A DNA stretch of 64,000 nt from Terriglobia bacterium (GCA_965223005.1 CBDCVK010000010.1:768001-832000), one strand, 5' to 3'. Counted from the stretch's first letter, positions 10,394-20,370 are shown. The notes: generated from the letters alone by a model not told the origin. Made by a program: numbers and translations.

Positions 10394-11449
10394 ATGCCCG
10401 TTCAGCAAGCTTTGGAAAAGCAACGCGGCTACGGGCAGCGGCTGGTGGCCGCGGCCGTGCTGCTGGCCTGCCTCTACCTGGCCAGCTCGCTGGTGATGAC
10501 GATAGTGGTGTCGCTGTTGCTGGCTCTGGTCTGTGACCCGGGCGTAACCTGGCTCAGCCGCAGGGGCCTGCCACGGGGGGTGGGCGCCTCGCTGATGGTC
10601 CTGCTGATGGTGGGCGTCTTCTACCTGCTGTTCTACATGTTTTACGCGCAGGCCGCGACCTTCGTCAACGATTTCCCGAAGTATTCCACCAAGTTCCGCG
10701 GTCACGTGCTGCGATTCCGGGAAAGGGCACAGGAGTTTCAGAAGCAGACACGGACCGTCATCGCAGACGGCCAGCCCGCGCCAGCGACCTCGCCCGCTTC
10801 TTCCGGCCCAAACTACACCGCCTACCTGGGCGCCGGCCTCCGCTCGATGACCGAGGTGCTGTTCATGGTGAGCTTCATTCCCTTCCTGGTCTATTTTCTG
10901 CTCACTTGGCGGGACCACATACGGCGCAACTCCGTCGCTCTGTTCGGCACGGGAAACCGAATGGCAGCGGAAAAGACGCTGGACGGCATCACCACCATGA
11001 TTCGCGGCTTCGTCATCGGCAACCTGATCATCGCGGCGATTCTATCCGTAGCCAGCGGGCTTTTCTTCTGGGCGATGGGGCTGCCCTACGCGGCGGTCAT
11101 GGGGCCGGTGAGCGGATTCTTGAGCGTGGTGCCTTACCTGGGGGTACTGCTGGGGAGCCTGCCACCCTTGTGGGCCGGCATGGCTAAGTACGACACGCTG
11201 ACACCGCTGGTGGGGATTGTCGCCGGGGTGGTGGGTTTCCACATCATAGCTCTCAACGTGCTCTACCCCAAGCTGGTCGGCTCGCGAGTGCACCTGAACC
11301 CGGTAGTGGTGACCATCGCCCTGATGTTCTGGGGCTGGCTGTGGGGTGGGATGGGGCTGCTGCTGGCGGTGCCCATCACCGCCGGCATCAAGGCCGTCTG
11401 CGACAACGTCCCCGACTGGCGCCCCAACGGCCGCCTCATGGCCGACTAG
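10394..11449 (+). CDS. AI-2E family transporter
   Basis: Multi-TM; VPYLG, PKLVGSRVHLNP, WGWLWGGMGLLLAVP. Confidence 0.9.
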   Translation: MPVQQALEKQRGYGQRLVAAAVLLACLYLASSLVMTIVVSLLLALVCDPGVTWLSRRGLPRGVGASLMVLLMVGVFYLLFYMFYAQAATFVNDFPKYSTKFRGHVLRFRERAQEFQKQTRTVIADGQPAPATSPASSGPNYTAYLGAGLRSMTEVLFMVSFIPFLVYFLLTWRDHIRRNSVALFGTGNRMAAEKTLDGITTMIRGFVIGNLIIAAILSVASGLFFWAMGLPYAAVMGPVSGFLSVVPYLGVLLGSLPPLWAGMAKYDTLTPLVGIVAGVVGFHIIALNVLYPKLVGSRVHLNPVVVTIALMFWGWLWGGMGLLLAVPITAGIKAVCDNVPDWRPNGRLMAD

Positions 11450-11455
11450 CCCGTC

Positions 11456-12133
11456 TCAGGTATCACTTCTCTCAGGTGCCATCTCAAAGCTGTGAAGGTT
11501 TGCTGCCGCCGTGGCCACATCCTCGGCCACGTCTGTTGATTGAAACAGGCGGATGGCGGCCAGGCCGGCGGCGCCGGCCTCCAGGCAGGTGCCGGCATTC
11601 TCCAAATTCACGCCGCCCAGAGCCAGCACCGGGAATTCACGTTCAGCGACAGCGCGGCAGGCTTGGCGAAGCGGCTCCAGTCCCAGCGGCGGGCCCTTGC
11701 CGGGCGTCTCAAAGATCGGGCCCAGCACCGCGAAGCTGGCGCCTTCGCGGGCGACGGCTTCCACCTGGGCCGGGGAATGGCAGGAGGCCCCGACCAGCCA
11801 CTCAGTAGGCCACTCAGCAGGCCCTCCAACTGGCACTGCGTTTCGGACCACGGCCACTGGGAGTGAGTCGGCCGGCAGATGCACGCCGTCTGCACCGCAG
11901 GCCAGCGCCACATCCAATCGTTCGTTGACCAGCAGTCGCCCGCGCCCCCTTTCTGGCAGCGCCAGGGCCTGCTCTACCAGCCGACAAAGGTCCCGGGTGG
12001 GCATCTTCTTCTCACGGATTTGGATCCAATCCACGCCGGCGGCGTAGGCGGCACGGATCCTGCCCAATACCTCCTGGGGTTGCCCAAGTTGGCTGCTGTC
12101 GGTGATGTAGTAGAGGATGGGGCGGCGACTCAT
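11456..12133 (-). CDS. thiE: thiamine phosphate synthase / TenI family
   Basis: YYITD, IQIREK, VNERLDVALACGADGVHL, GASCHS, GPIFETPGK, ALGGV. Confidence 0.85.
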   Translation of the reverse strand: MSRRPILYYITDSSQLGQPQEVLGRIRAAYAAGVDWIQIREKKMPTRDLCRLVEQALALPERGRGRLLVNERLDVALACGADGVHLPADSLPVAVVRNAVPVGGPAEWPTEWLVGASCHSPAQVEAVAREGASFAVLGPIFETPGKGPPLGLEPLRQACRAVAEREFPVLALGGVNLENAGTCLEAGAAGLAAIRLFQSTDVAEDVATAAANLHSFEMAPERSDT

Positions 12134-12447
12134 TGCCCGCGGCTGCGCGAGGGAGGCAGTGCAACCGCATCGGCGTCCAGGGGAGCAGTTTCTCTCGCGG
12201 ACTTCTGTTTCGTCTCCTGCCGCGCTCGGCTCAGCCTGAGATGCCAGGCTTCAGAAAACCCAACCCACAGGTTCACCAAGCCCAACCCGTTCAGCGCGCC
12301 GCGGACGTAGTAACTCAACAGGAAAGGGCGCAGTCCGGGAACAAGCCAGAAGATCAGGTTGTGCTCCCACATCTCCGACCAGGGAAGCAACAGCAGGAAC
12401 AGACCCAGTTCCAGGCACAAAATCACGAACAAGATCTGTTTCCCCAT
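12130..12447 (-). CDS. small membrane protein
   Basis: Two hydrophobic helices; coupled to thiE (ATGA overlap) and 9 nt after the TPR gene stop. Confidence 0.7.
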   Translation of the reverse strand: MGKQILFVILCLELGLFLLLLPWSEMWEHNLIFWLVPGLRPFLLSYYVRGALNGLGLVNLWVGFSEAWHLRLSRARQETKQKSARETAPLDADAVALPPSRSRGQ

Positions 12448-12456
12448 AGAGGAGCA

Positions 12457-15291
12457 CTACTTTCCCTGCAGCTCGCGGATGCGTTCGGCCACGTCCCTGT
12501 AGTCGATGTTATGGGAGTAGACGTCCATGAAGCTGCTCAGCGCCGCTTTCTTGTCGCCTGCCATTTCGTAGGCGGCGCCGATCTCGTAGCGTACCGCCAC
12601 GATGTCCTCCTGGTCCAGGCCCGGTGCCTTCAGCGCATTCTCCAGCCAACGCACGGCCAGGGGTGGCAGGTTCTTTTCCAGGAAGCAGTGGGCTAGAAGA
12701 GTGCAGCAGCGGACGTAGTTGGAATAGCTCTTGGCGTGCTCGGCCGCCTGGTAGGCCTTTTGAAATTCCCCAATGGCCTCATCCAGCAGGCTCATTTCCT
12801 TGAAGGCCACACCCATGTTGAAATGCGTTTCGATGTCGGCCTCCGCGGTAGCGTCTTCCATGCCCGACTTAAACTCATCAAACACTTCGGCCAGCGCCCC
12901 AGCTCCTTCTGGAGTTCCCGAAGCCGGTGCGGGTACAGTAGGAGGAACAGCCGGAGGCGGCGTTGAGGAGGGAGCAGCGGCCTTGGGCGGCGGTTGCGCA
13001 ACATCGGAAAGCTCCTCCTCGAGCGCGCCCACTAAGCCGTCAAAGCCGGTGGGCGCCGCGGCCGCCGGGGGAGGTGGCGCAGCCGGGGGTGGCGCGGCAG
13101 CGGTCGGGGGTGGTGCCGATTCTTCATCCAGCGACAACTGGAAGCCATCTTCGGCCGGCTGCTCCTCCAGCGAGAGAACGAATTCTTGCTCACGCGGAGC
13201 AGCCGCCGGAGGAGTTGGCTTTGGTGGGGAAGGCGGCGGGGGAGCAGGCTCCGGCGGCGCCGCCACAGGCTTTGGTTGAGGCGGGGGAACCGGGGCTGCT
13301 TCCTCGACGGGCGGGGCGGCTGGCGTCGCAGCCTCCTCGGCCGCCGGCGCGCTCATGGCCGCGATGGCCACCTTTTCGGCCAGCTGCTCCACCTCCGGCG
13401 AGCCAGGATAAAGCTCCTGGAGGCTCGCCAGTGCGGTGGTCGCCTCGGAGACCAGGCCGGCCTGCAAGTAGAACTCGACCTCTTCAGCGGCGCTCGCAAG
13501 CGCAGGCGCCGCAGCGGTAGGTGCCGGCTCCTCAGGAGGCGGTACTTCTGCCGGAGGCGGCGCCTCTACGGGGGTGCCCATCATCTGTTCCCAGTTCGAC
13601 AAGTCCACTTCCCGCACGCTAGCCGCGGTGTCCGCCGCGGGGGCCGCGGCCTCGGAAACATCGACGCTGGGAGGGGTTACCGGGAACTCGGGAACCTCTG
13701 GGATGACCGGCGGCGCCTCTGAAGTTGGGACCGCGGTGCCGGCCCGCTCTTGGAACTTCGCCTTCCTATCGCTATAAGTAGTGGCTGTCTCCGCCGCCCC
13801 GGCCAACACATGGATTTCGGCCAGCACCTCGCAGCGCTGCGCCGCCTTTTCGTACTGTTCTGCGCGTTCATACAAGTCCAGCAGGCGCTCGTTCAACGTG
13901 GCATTCCGGGGCATGCGATCCAAAATCGCTTCCAGCGGTTGAATCGCCTTGTCCACCTGGCGATACGTCAGGTAGAGGTCGCTTTCGTTGACCGCGGTGT
14001 TCAAAGCCTCCCGTTCCTCTTCGGTGAGCGGCTCCTCCGCCAGGGTCGGCTCGCCCATTACCTGTTCGGCGAAACCCGCTTCGGGCGAGGGGGCGGCGGC
14101 CGCTGGAGCTCGGCCCAGCTTGGCGTCCATCTGTTCCAGGTTCTGCCGGTGGTGTGGATTTTCCGGCTCCAGGCGGGCCAGTTCCTCGAACAGGTCGCGG
14201 GCCTGCGCATGGTCGCCTTGATTGACATAGGCGTGTGCAAGTTGTTCGTTCACCTCAGAGATCTCTGAGGTCTGCTCGGTTTGCTGGTAGACGCTGCGGA
14301 GCAGGCTCAACGCTTCCACGTTGGAAGGCAGCGAGCTGACGATTTTCTTCAGGCCTTCGATCAGAGGCGCGGTTTCCCCCTGGGCAATCAGGCCGTCGCC
14401 GAGTTGCCGGTAGTTCTCCAGCGCTTCGGCATGCTGTCCGGCCTCTAGCAGGCGGTCGCAGACCGCGGTCAGCCCAGTGCCGTCCCCGTGTTCTTCCAGC
14501 AACCGCCGGGCCACGGTGGCAGCGCGTCCGTTGTCTCCCACCGAGGTACAAGCTTGGAACAAGAGGTTCAGTGCCTCCCTGTCGACGCTCTCTTCGGGCA
14601 CTTGCTCCAAGGTTGCGACGGCATCTGCGGGGCGGTCGTCCTCCAACTGGATCCGCGCCTCCAGAACCAGCACCTCGGGGGTGGACAGGCCCAGGCTGCG
14701 CACCCGCTGGAGGATGCTGCTGGCATCGGCTCGATTGCCAATGTCGGCTAACCCCTGCGCGGCCGACAGATACATGCCAGCCGCATCGTCCTTCCGGTTG
14801 ACCTCTTGGTACATCTGGGCCAGGCGCTGCTTGCTAGCCACGTTCTCTGGATCCAGCAGCAGAATCTTCTCCATGACTTCCACGCATTTGTCGGCTTGAT
14901 TGCGCTGGGAGAAGTGGTCGCTGGCCTGCTTGTACTGAGCCTTGGCGTCGTTCAGTTGCCCCTGAAGTGTGTACAACTCAGCCAGCTGGAGGATGGCGTC
15001 AATCGCGTTGGGGTCCATCCGGGTGATCCGACGGTAGAACGCGATTGCATTTCGGGCAAAACCGGCCTGCAGGTTAACCTGGCCCAATTTGTACAAGCAC
15101 TTCAAGGCCTCTTCCTTGCTGCCAACGCTCTCGTGCAGGCCGGCGACGATGGTCAAGATGTCGAGGTTGCGCGGCTCCTTGGCTAGAACTTTCTGGTATT
15201 CCTGGATGGCAGCCGGGATCTTCCCCTTCTGGACGTGCTTCTGCGCCGCCTCGATGACCTTTGTCTTGTTGAAGCCCAGACTGAATGCCAT
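12457..15291 (-). CDS. large TPR protein, SgmX-like architecture
   Basis: N-terminal TPR array, Pro/Ala/Glu-rich linker and C-terminal TPRs (ETHFNMGVAFKEMSLLDEAI...DYRDVAERI). Likely start MAFSLGFNK at 15291 after GGAG. Confidence 0.85.
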   Translation of the reverse strand: MAFSLGFNKTKVIEAAQKHVQKGKIPAAIQEYQKVLAKEPRNLDILTIVAGLHESVGSKEEALKCLYKLGQVNLQAGFARNAIAFYRRITRMDPNAIDAILQLAELYTLQGQLNDAKAQYKQASDHFSQRNQADKCVEVMEKILLLDPENVASKQRLAQMYQEVNRKDDAAGMYLSAAQGLADIGNRADASSILQRVRSLGLSTPEVLVLEARIQLEDDRPADAVATLEQVPEESVDREALNLLFQACTSVGDNGRAATVARRLLEEHGDGTGLTAVCDRLLEAGQHAEALENYRQLGDGLIAQGETAPLIEGLKKIVSSLPSNVEALSLLRSVYQQTEQTSEISEVNEQLAHAYVNQGDHAQARDLFEELARLEPENPHHRQNLEQMDAKLGRAPAAAAPSPEAGFAEQVMGEPTLAEEPLTEEEREALNTAVNESDLYLTYRQVDKAIQPLEAILDRMPRNATLNERLLDLYERAEQYEKAAQRCEVLAEIHVLAGAAETATTYSDRKAKFQERAGTAVPTSEAPPVIPEVPEFPVTPPSVDVSEAAAPAADTAASVREVDLSNWEQMMGTPVEAPPPAEVPPPEEPAPTAAAPALASAAEEVEFYLQAGLVSEATTALASLQELYPGSPEVEQLAEKVAIAAMSAPAAEEAATPAAPPVEEAAPVPPPQPKPVAAPPEPAPPPPSPPKPTPPAAAPREQEFVLSLEEQPAEDGFQLSLDEESAPPPTAAAPPPAAPPPPAAAAPTGFDGLVGALEEELSDVAQPPPKAAAPSSTPPPAVPPTVPAPASGTPEGAGALAEVFDEFKSGMEDATAEADIETHFNMGVAFKEMSLLDEAIGEFQKAYQAAEHAKSYSNYVRCCTLLAHCFLEKNLPPLAVRWLENALKAPGLDQEDIVAVRYEIGAAYEMAGDKKAALSSFMDVYSHNIDYRDVAERIRELQGK

Positions 15292-15564
15292 GAAGACTCC
15301 GCAGCTCAGGGCCTGCTGCCCCCCTGGAGAATACCCCAAGAGTACCTTGGGCGCAAAACGATAGTCAATCCGGGCGACTTCCGTCGCAGGAGGGCTAGAC
15401 CGGAGTCCGATGGGAAACGGGGCCGGCAGGGCAGGCTTCACACTCTCCGCCACACTTCTCCGGAGGCACCACTTCGCCTCCGCCACTCTCCACAGACAGT
15501 TGGCAGCTTGCTGAACCCAGGTTGCTAAACAAGGTTCCCTGCTACAATCAGCCCCCAAGGAATC

Positions 15565-16524
15565 ATGCTGCCGTTCCCGATTGTCTATTCCGAAGCCTAC
15601 CAGCTCAACCTGGGCGCGCATGTCTTCCCGGCCCAAAAGTATCGCCTCATCTACGAGCGCCTGCTAGCCGAGGGTCTGGCGGAGCCCAGAGATTTCCTGG
15701 CGCCGCCCGAGGCTGACGACGAGGACGTACTGCTGGTCCACACCGAGGACTGGGTGAGGAAGCTGCGCAGCGGCACGCTCAGCTACGCGGAACTTCTGCG
15801 CCTGGAAGTGCCCTATTCCGAGCAGTTAGTGCGAGCCTTCTGGCGCTCGGCCGGCGGCTCGATTCTGGCTTGCCGTCAGGCGCTGGAGCAGGGCGCGGCC
15901 ATGAACCTGTGCGGCGGCTTCCACCACGCCTTCGCGGACCATGGGGAGGGCTTCTGCGCCATCAACGACGTCGCCATCGCCGTGCGCCGCCTGCAAAAAG
16001 ACGGGCGGCTCGAGCGGGCGCTGATCGTGGACTGCGATGTCCATCAGGGCAACGGCACGGCCGCCATCTTTGCCGGCGATCCCGACGTCTTCACCTTCTC
16101 CATGCATCAGGAAAACAACTATCCGACGCCCAAGCCCCCTAGCACCCTCGATATTAACTTGCCGGACGGCATTGGCGACGAAGAGTACCTGGAGCTGTTG
16201 AACGGTGGGCTAGAGCAGGCGCTGGCATCGCTCACACCAGAGCTGGTCTGCTACCTGGCCGGCGCTGACCCGTATGAGGAGGACCAACTCGGCGGGCTGG
16301 GATTGACCGTGCGGGGGCTCCAGCGGAGGGATGAACTGGTGTTAGCGACCTCGCGGCGCAGAGGACTACCCGTCATGGCCACTCTAGCCGGGGGCTACGC
16401 CCGCCAAGTGACCGACACCGTGCTGATTCACAGCAACACCGTGCTGGCACTGAAGGCAGCCTGCTCGACTCCTGCCCGCGGACCAGGAGCCACCGCTACC
16501 GGAGAACAGCCTTGGTTAGGCTGA
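15565..16524 (+). CDS. histone deacetylase family protein (HDAC11/AcuC-like)
   Basis: GGFHHA, GFCAIND, VDCDVHQGNGT, AGADP, AGGY. Confidence 0.95.
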   Translation: MLPFPIVYSEAYQLNLGAHVFPAQKYRLIYERLLAEGLAEPRDFLAPPEADDEDVLLVHTEDWVRKLRSGTLSYAELLRLEVPYSEQLVRAFWRSAGGSILACRQALEQGAAMNLCGGFHHAFADHGEGFCAINDVAIAVRRLQKDGRLERALIVDCDVHQGNGTAAIFAGDPDVFTFSMHQENNYPTPKPPSTLDINLPDGIGDEEYLELLNGGLEQALASLTPELVCYLAGADPYEEDQLGGLGLTVRGLQRRDELVLATSRRRGLPVMATLAGGYARQVTDTVLIHSNTVLALKAACSTPARGPGATATGEQPWLG

Positions 16525-16545
16525 GGGGGTTAAGAGGAGGTTAAG

Positions 16546-16842
16546 CTGAGGACGTTCGACACTACCTGCCCTTGCTGCGGTGCACGCCTTCGGCTTGACC
16601 CGGATGTCCGCGCGGTTGTTTCCCACGAGCCACCCCCCAAACCTCGCCAGGTCTCCGACCTGGCCGAGGCGGCGCGCACCCTGCAGGAAAAGGAAAGCCG
16701 CCGCGAGGAGCAGTTCCAAAAATCCTTCAAAGCCGAGCGCGATCGCGGCAAGCTGCTGGACCGGAAGTTTGAGGAAGCCCTGGAGAAAGCCAAGGAGGAA
16801 CCCGTCGCCCCTCCCCCGCCGCGCGACATTGACCTCGACTAG
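16546..16842 (+). CDS. 98-aa CPCC/coiled-coil protein with probable CTG start (not in ORF track)
   Basis: AAGAGGAGG-N5-CTG; reads (M)RTFDTTCPCCGARLRLD...KFEEALEKAKEE...RDIDLD. An in-frame TAA at 16531 excludes an upstream start. Confidence 0.75.
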   Translation: MRTFDTTCPCCGARLRLDPDVRAVVSHEPPPKPRQVSDLAEAARTLQEKESRREEQFQKSFKAERDRGKLLDRKFEEALEKAKEEPVAPPPPRDIDLD

Positions 16843-16878
16843 GCTGCGACGTGGACTAGGCGGCTCGCGCGCGCCAGA

Positions 16879-17988
16879 TCAAATCCGCATGGGCATGACG
16901 ACGTAGCGGTAGCGCCCGCCGTCCTCGCCCGCCGGGCGCAACTGGCCCGCCGACTGTTCGTCCTTGAACTCAAAGCACACCGGGCCGCTGTTCGCAGCCG
17001 CCAGAAAGTCCAGCAGGTATTGGGAGTTGAAGCCGATCTGTAGAGGCTCAGCCGAGTACTCCGTTTCCAGTGTCTCCTCGGACTCCCCGGCCTCCGAACT
17101 TGAGGAGGAGAGCTTCACTTCATTGGGCCCGAGTTGCATGCGGACAGCGTGGGAACGCTCGTCGGCAAACTGGGAAACGCGCCGCAGGGCAGCCGTTACC
17201 TGCTCGCGGTCCAACACTACCGCCCGGTTGTTCTCCTTCGGCAGGACGGCCTCGTAATTAGGAAACTGCCCGGTGAGCATCCGCGAGATTAGCAGCCGGC
17301 TCCCGACGCGGAAGAACAGATGGCTCTCATCTCGGCCAAATTCCACCTGAGTGTCTGGCGCTACCTCGCCTACTAAGCGCTGAATCTCCCCCAGAGCTTT
17401 TTTCGGCACCAGCGCACGCGCCTCAGCGGACACCCCTGAAGAGTAAGAGTTTTCGATGTGCGCCAAGCGGTGGCCATCCGTCGCGATCATGCACAGCGAA
17501 TCGGCCCCAATTAGCAGCAGGGCCCCGTTCAGCGTGTAGCGGGACTCCTCGCTTGAGATCGCAAAAATAGTCTTGCCAATTAGGTCTAGCAACGTGCCAG
17601 CCGGAATGCTAGTCAGGGCACTGGGCAAAGGAGGTAGCGCTGGGAAGTTTTCTCGTGACATCCCTACCATGCGAGTCACTGAGCGCCTGGCCTTGATCTG
17701 GACCCAGAAATTCTCCAGCAGCCGCATTGCCACTGTTCCCTCATCCAGTAACCGGACGTAGTCCAGCAGCTTCTTAGCCGGCACTGTCACTGAACCAGGT
17801 GTAGTCACCTTGGCTGGGCAAGAACTACGCAGGCCGATCTCCAGGTCTGTCGCCGTCAGTTCAATGGCTTCCCCACTAGCCTCGACCAGCATGTTCGATA
17901 GGATCGGGATTGTGGTCTTTTTTTCGACAACACCCTGGGCCAAACTTAGTTCTTTTACGAGGTCTGATTTGCTAACCGTGAACTCCAT
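16879..17988 (-). CDS. dnaN: DNA polymerase III beta clamp
   Basis: TTIPILSN, ATDLE, ATDGHRLA, FPNYEAVLP, YVVMPMRI. Confidence 0.98.
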   Translation of the reverse strand: MEFTVSKSDLVKELSLAQGVVEKKTTIPILSNMLVEASGEAIELTATDLEIGLRSSCPAKVTTPGSVTVPAKKLLDYVRLLDEGTVAMRLLENFWVQIKARRSVTRMVGMSRENFPALPPLPSALTSIPAGTLLDLIGKTIFAISSEESRYTLNGALLLIGADSLCMIATDGHRLAHIENSYSSGVSAEARALVPKKALGEIQRLVGEVAPDTQVEFGRDESHLFFRVGSRLLISRMLTGQFPNYEAVLPKENNRAVVLDREQVTAALRRVSQFADERSHAVRMQLGPNEVKLSSSSSEAGESEETLETEYSAEPLQIGFNSQYLLDFLAAANSGPVCFEFKDEQSAGQLRPAGEDGGRYRYVVMPMRI

Positions 17989-18261
17989 TTAGCTCACCTT
18001 CCTATCCCACTTGGAGAGCGCCCCGCTACTTGCAACCTGAAGTCTACTGTTATTGCTATCTAAAACTACTTATAAAAATCAATAGTAGTAGTAGAGCAGC
18101 AGAAATTGTGGAAAACCAGGCATCTTTCTGTGTGGCAAAGGCTTGCTAGCAACGTAGCCTGTGGAGATCTCACGGAGAGCCCTGCCAGGGATGTGCTTAT
18201 TAGTCAAGGTGTACAAGCGTTCACAAGTTTCACACAAGCGCATTTCACGCGCCATGTTAAC
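17989..18261. other. candidate oriC (dnaA-dnaN spacer)
   Basis: DnaA box TGTGGAAAA (18107-18115), (TAG)4 DnaA-trios (18083-18094) and an adjoining AT-rich tract; further degenerate boxes toward dnaA. Confidence 0.85.
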
Positions 18262-19683
18262 TTATTGAAAATAGGCCATGAGTCGATTCAATGTCCTGTT
18301 CAAATCTTTGTCAACTAGGCGGTGTTTCGAAATCTTGGCGATGGAGTGCAGTACCGTTGTGTGATGCCTGTCACCGAAGGCTCTAGCTATTTCCGGCAGC
18401 GATGCCTGTGTTAGTCGACGAGCCATCCACATGGCAACCTGACGAGGGACTACAACGCGCTGGGAGTTATCCTTGGCCTTTAACTCATTCAGGCGGAGAT
18501 TGTAGTGCTCACATACACTCCTTTGAATTAGCTCGATCGTTACCTGCTTGCCTTGGGTTTCCACCAGGTCCTTCAGAATTTGATGAGCCATTGACTCGGT
18601 AACCTCCTCCCCGGTCAGGGAGGAATAGGCCATCAGGCGGATGAGCGAACCCTCTAGCTCCCGGATGTTAGACTTCACGTGCCTGGCGACAAACAGAGCA
18701 ACATTTTCTGGTAGCAAGAAGGCCTCTGCTTCCGCCTTCTTCATGAGGATGGCCAGCCGTGTCTCCAGGTCGGGGGGCTGGATGTCGGCGATCAGTCCCG
18801 ACTCAAAGCGCGAACGCAGCCGCTCCTCAACCCGCGGGATCTCCTTCGGAGGCCGGTCGCTGGAGAGCACGATCTGTTTCTGGCGCTCGTAAAGCGTGTT
18901 GAAGGTGTGGAAGAACTCCTCCTGAGTTCCCTCTTTTCCGCTAAGGAACTGCACGTCATCCACCAGTAGCGTGTCAATGTGCCGGAAGCGCTCGTGGAAG
19001 GTGACCATCCGGTCGTTCTTCAGCGACTGCACCATCTCGTTGGTAAACCGCTCTGCTGAAACGTACACCACCCTCCAATGTGGAAAGCGCTGGCGCAGTT
19101 CGTGCCCGATGGCATGCATTAAGTGGGTCTTGCCCAGTCCCACACCGCCGTACAGGAAGAGCGGGTTGTAGGAGCAGCCGGGGTCGTGAGCGACACGCGA
19201 GGCGGCAGCGTGTGCGAACTGGTTTGAGGCGCCCACCACGAACGCGGAAAAGCTGTACCTGGGGTTTAGCGCAGAGGAGAACCATCTGTCTTCTGTGGTT
19301 GCGGCGGGGCGGCGCGGCGGTGCCGTCCACTGCTCCTCCTGCGCGCTCTCGGGTGCAAACTCCACTCGGCGGACAGGCAAGCCTAGCGCCCGGATCGCTT
19401 CCTCGATGCAGTTGCGGTAGTGGGCTTCAATCCAGTCCTTGAAAGTGTGGTTGGGGACACGGACGTAGAGCGTGGCGTCGCGAATCAGGCTAGCTCGGAC
19501 AGGCTGCAACCAGGTCGCGAAGTTCTGCGGGTCCACCGTCTCCTTCACCAGCCGAAGGATCTGCTGCCAGGCATCGTTGGCTGCGCTCGAGGGCAAGCCG
19601 GTTGAGCCGGGCGATGGGACACTGGCCATGGTGTTTTCTGCCGCCTTCGGCGAAGTAGATTGAGAGGCGGTCGAAGATAACAT
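18262..19683 (-). CDS. dnaA: chromosomal replication initiator DnaA
   Basis: YNPLFLYGGVGLGKTHL, DDVQF, QEEFFHTFN, NIRELEG, RHHTTVLHS; alternative start at 19629. Confidence 0.98.
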   Translation of the reverse strand: MLSSTASQSTSPKAAENTMASVPSPGSTGLPSSAANDAWQQILRLVKETVDPQNFATWLQPVRASLIRDATLYVRVPNHTFKDWIEAHYRNCIEEAIRALGLPVRRVEFAPESAQEEQWTAPPRRPAATTEDRWFSSALNPRYSFSAFVVGASNQFAHAAASRVAHDPGCSYNPLFLYGGVGLGKTHLMHAIGHELRQRFPHWRVVYVSAERFTNEMVQSLKNDRMVTFHERFRHIDTLLVDDVQFLSGKEGTQEEFFHTFNTLYERQKQIVLSSDRPPKEIPRVEERLRSRFESGLIADIQPPDLETRLAILMKKAEAEAFLLPENVALFVARHVKSNIRELEGSLIRLMAYSSLTGEEVTESMAHQILKDLVETQGKQVTIELIQRSVCEHYNLRLNELKAKDNSQRVVVPRQVAMWMARRLTQASLPEIARAFGDRHHTTVLHSIAKISKHRLVDKDLNRTLNRLMAYFQ

Positions 19684-19758
19684 AACGAGTCGGCTTGAAC
19701 CAAACTCAAAATCTGCTTTGTTTCTTGCCGCTTAGCAGTAAACTCCGGGTCGTCGTCC

Positions 19759-19787
19759 TTGACCTTTTCGACATCCGTTCTTACAAT
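19759..19787 (+). promoter_or_regulatory. sigma70 promoter of the rpmH operon
   Basis: TTGACC-N17-TACAAT. Confidence 0.7.
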
Positions 19788-19835
19788 TGTTCTTTTGCGG
19801 CCGGTGTGCTTTCCATCTCAGGAGTCTAAACGTTC

Positions 19836-19973
19836 ATGCCCAAACGAACCTTCCAGCCCAACACGCGTCGGCGCGCCAAGACGCACGGATTCCGGTCGCG
19901 GATGAAGACCAAAGGTGGTCGCAAAACCCTGGCCGCAAGACGGAGGAAAGGCCGCAGCCGGCTCGCCGTCTGA
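19836..19973 (+). CDS. rpmH: 50S ribosomal protein L34 (not in ORF track)
   Basis: [45 protein letters not shown]; AGGAG upstream. Confidence 0.97.
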   Translation: MPKRTFQPNTRRRAKTHGFRSRMKTKGGRKTLAARRRKGRSRLAV

Positions 19974-19986
19974 TCCCTCACAGGTG

Positions 19987-20370
19987 ATGGTACCGCCTGC
20001 TGGCAGCGTGGGAAGGCCTCGCAGGTGGCCGCGCACAGCGCGATTGCGTAAACGCAGCGAGTTTGATCAGATATATTCGGCAGGCCGCAGGTACAGTTTT
20101 CCACTCTTCTCAGCGTTCCTGCTTCAAACCGGGGCGGCTACCAGCAAGGTAGGCTTCACCGTCGGACGCGGGCTGGGCAGAGCAGTACGGCGCAATCGGA
20201 TCAAGCGCCGGATGCGGGAGGCGGTCCGCCTGCACCTGCGAGAGATTGGTCCGGGATGGAACGTCGTTTTCCATCCCCGCCGAAGCGTTTTTGACGTGGA
20301 GTTTTCCCGGCTGGAGAAGGAAGTGTCTCGCTTATTCGAGTCCGTGTCGGGCAGGGGAGGCAGGCGCTGA
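19987..20370 (+). CDS. rnpA: RNase P protein component
   Basis: [28 protein letters not shown]; start uncertain. Confidence 0.93.
   Translation: MVPPAGSVGRPRRWPRTARLRKRSEFDQIYSAGRRYSFPLFSAFLLQTGAATSKVGFTVGRGLGRAVRRNRIKRRMREAVRLHLREIGPGWNVVFHPRRSVFDVEFSRLEKEVSRLFESVSGRGGRR

Noticed and set aside
15292-15636. N-terminal extension of the TPR ORF in the track
   Set aside because: It overlaps the divergent HDAC gene; an SD-preceded ATG at 15291 is more plausible.
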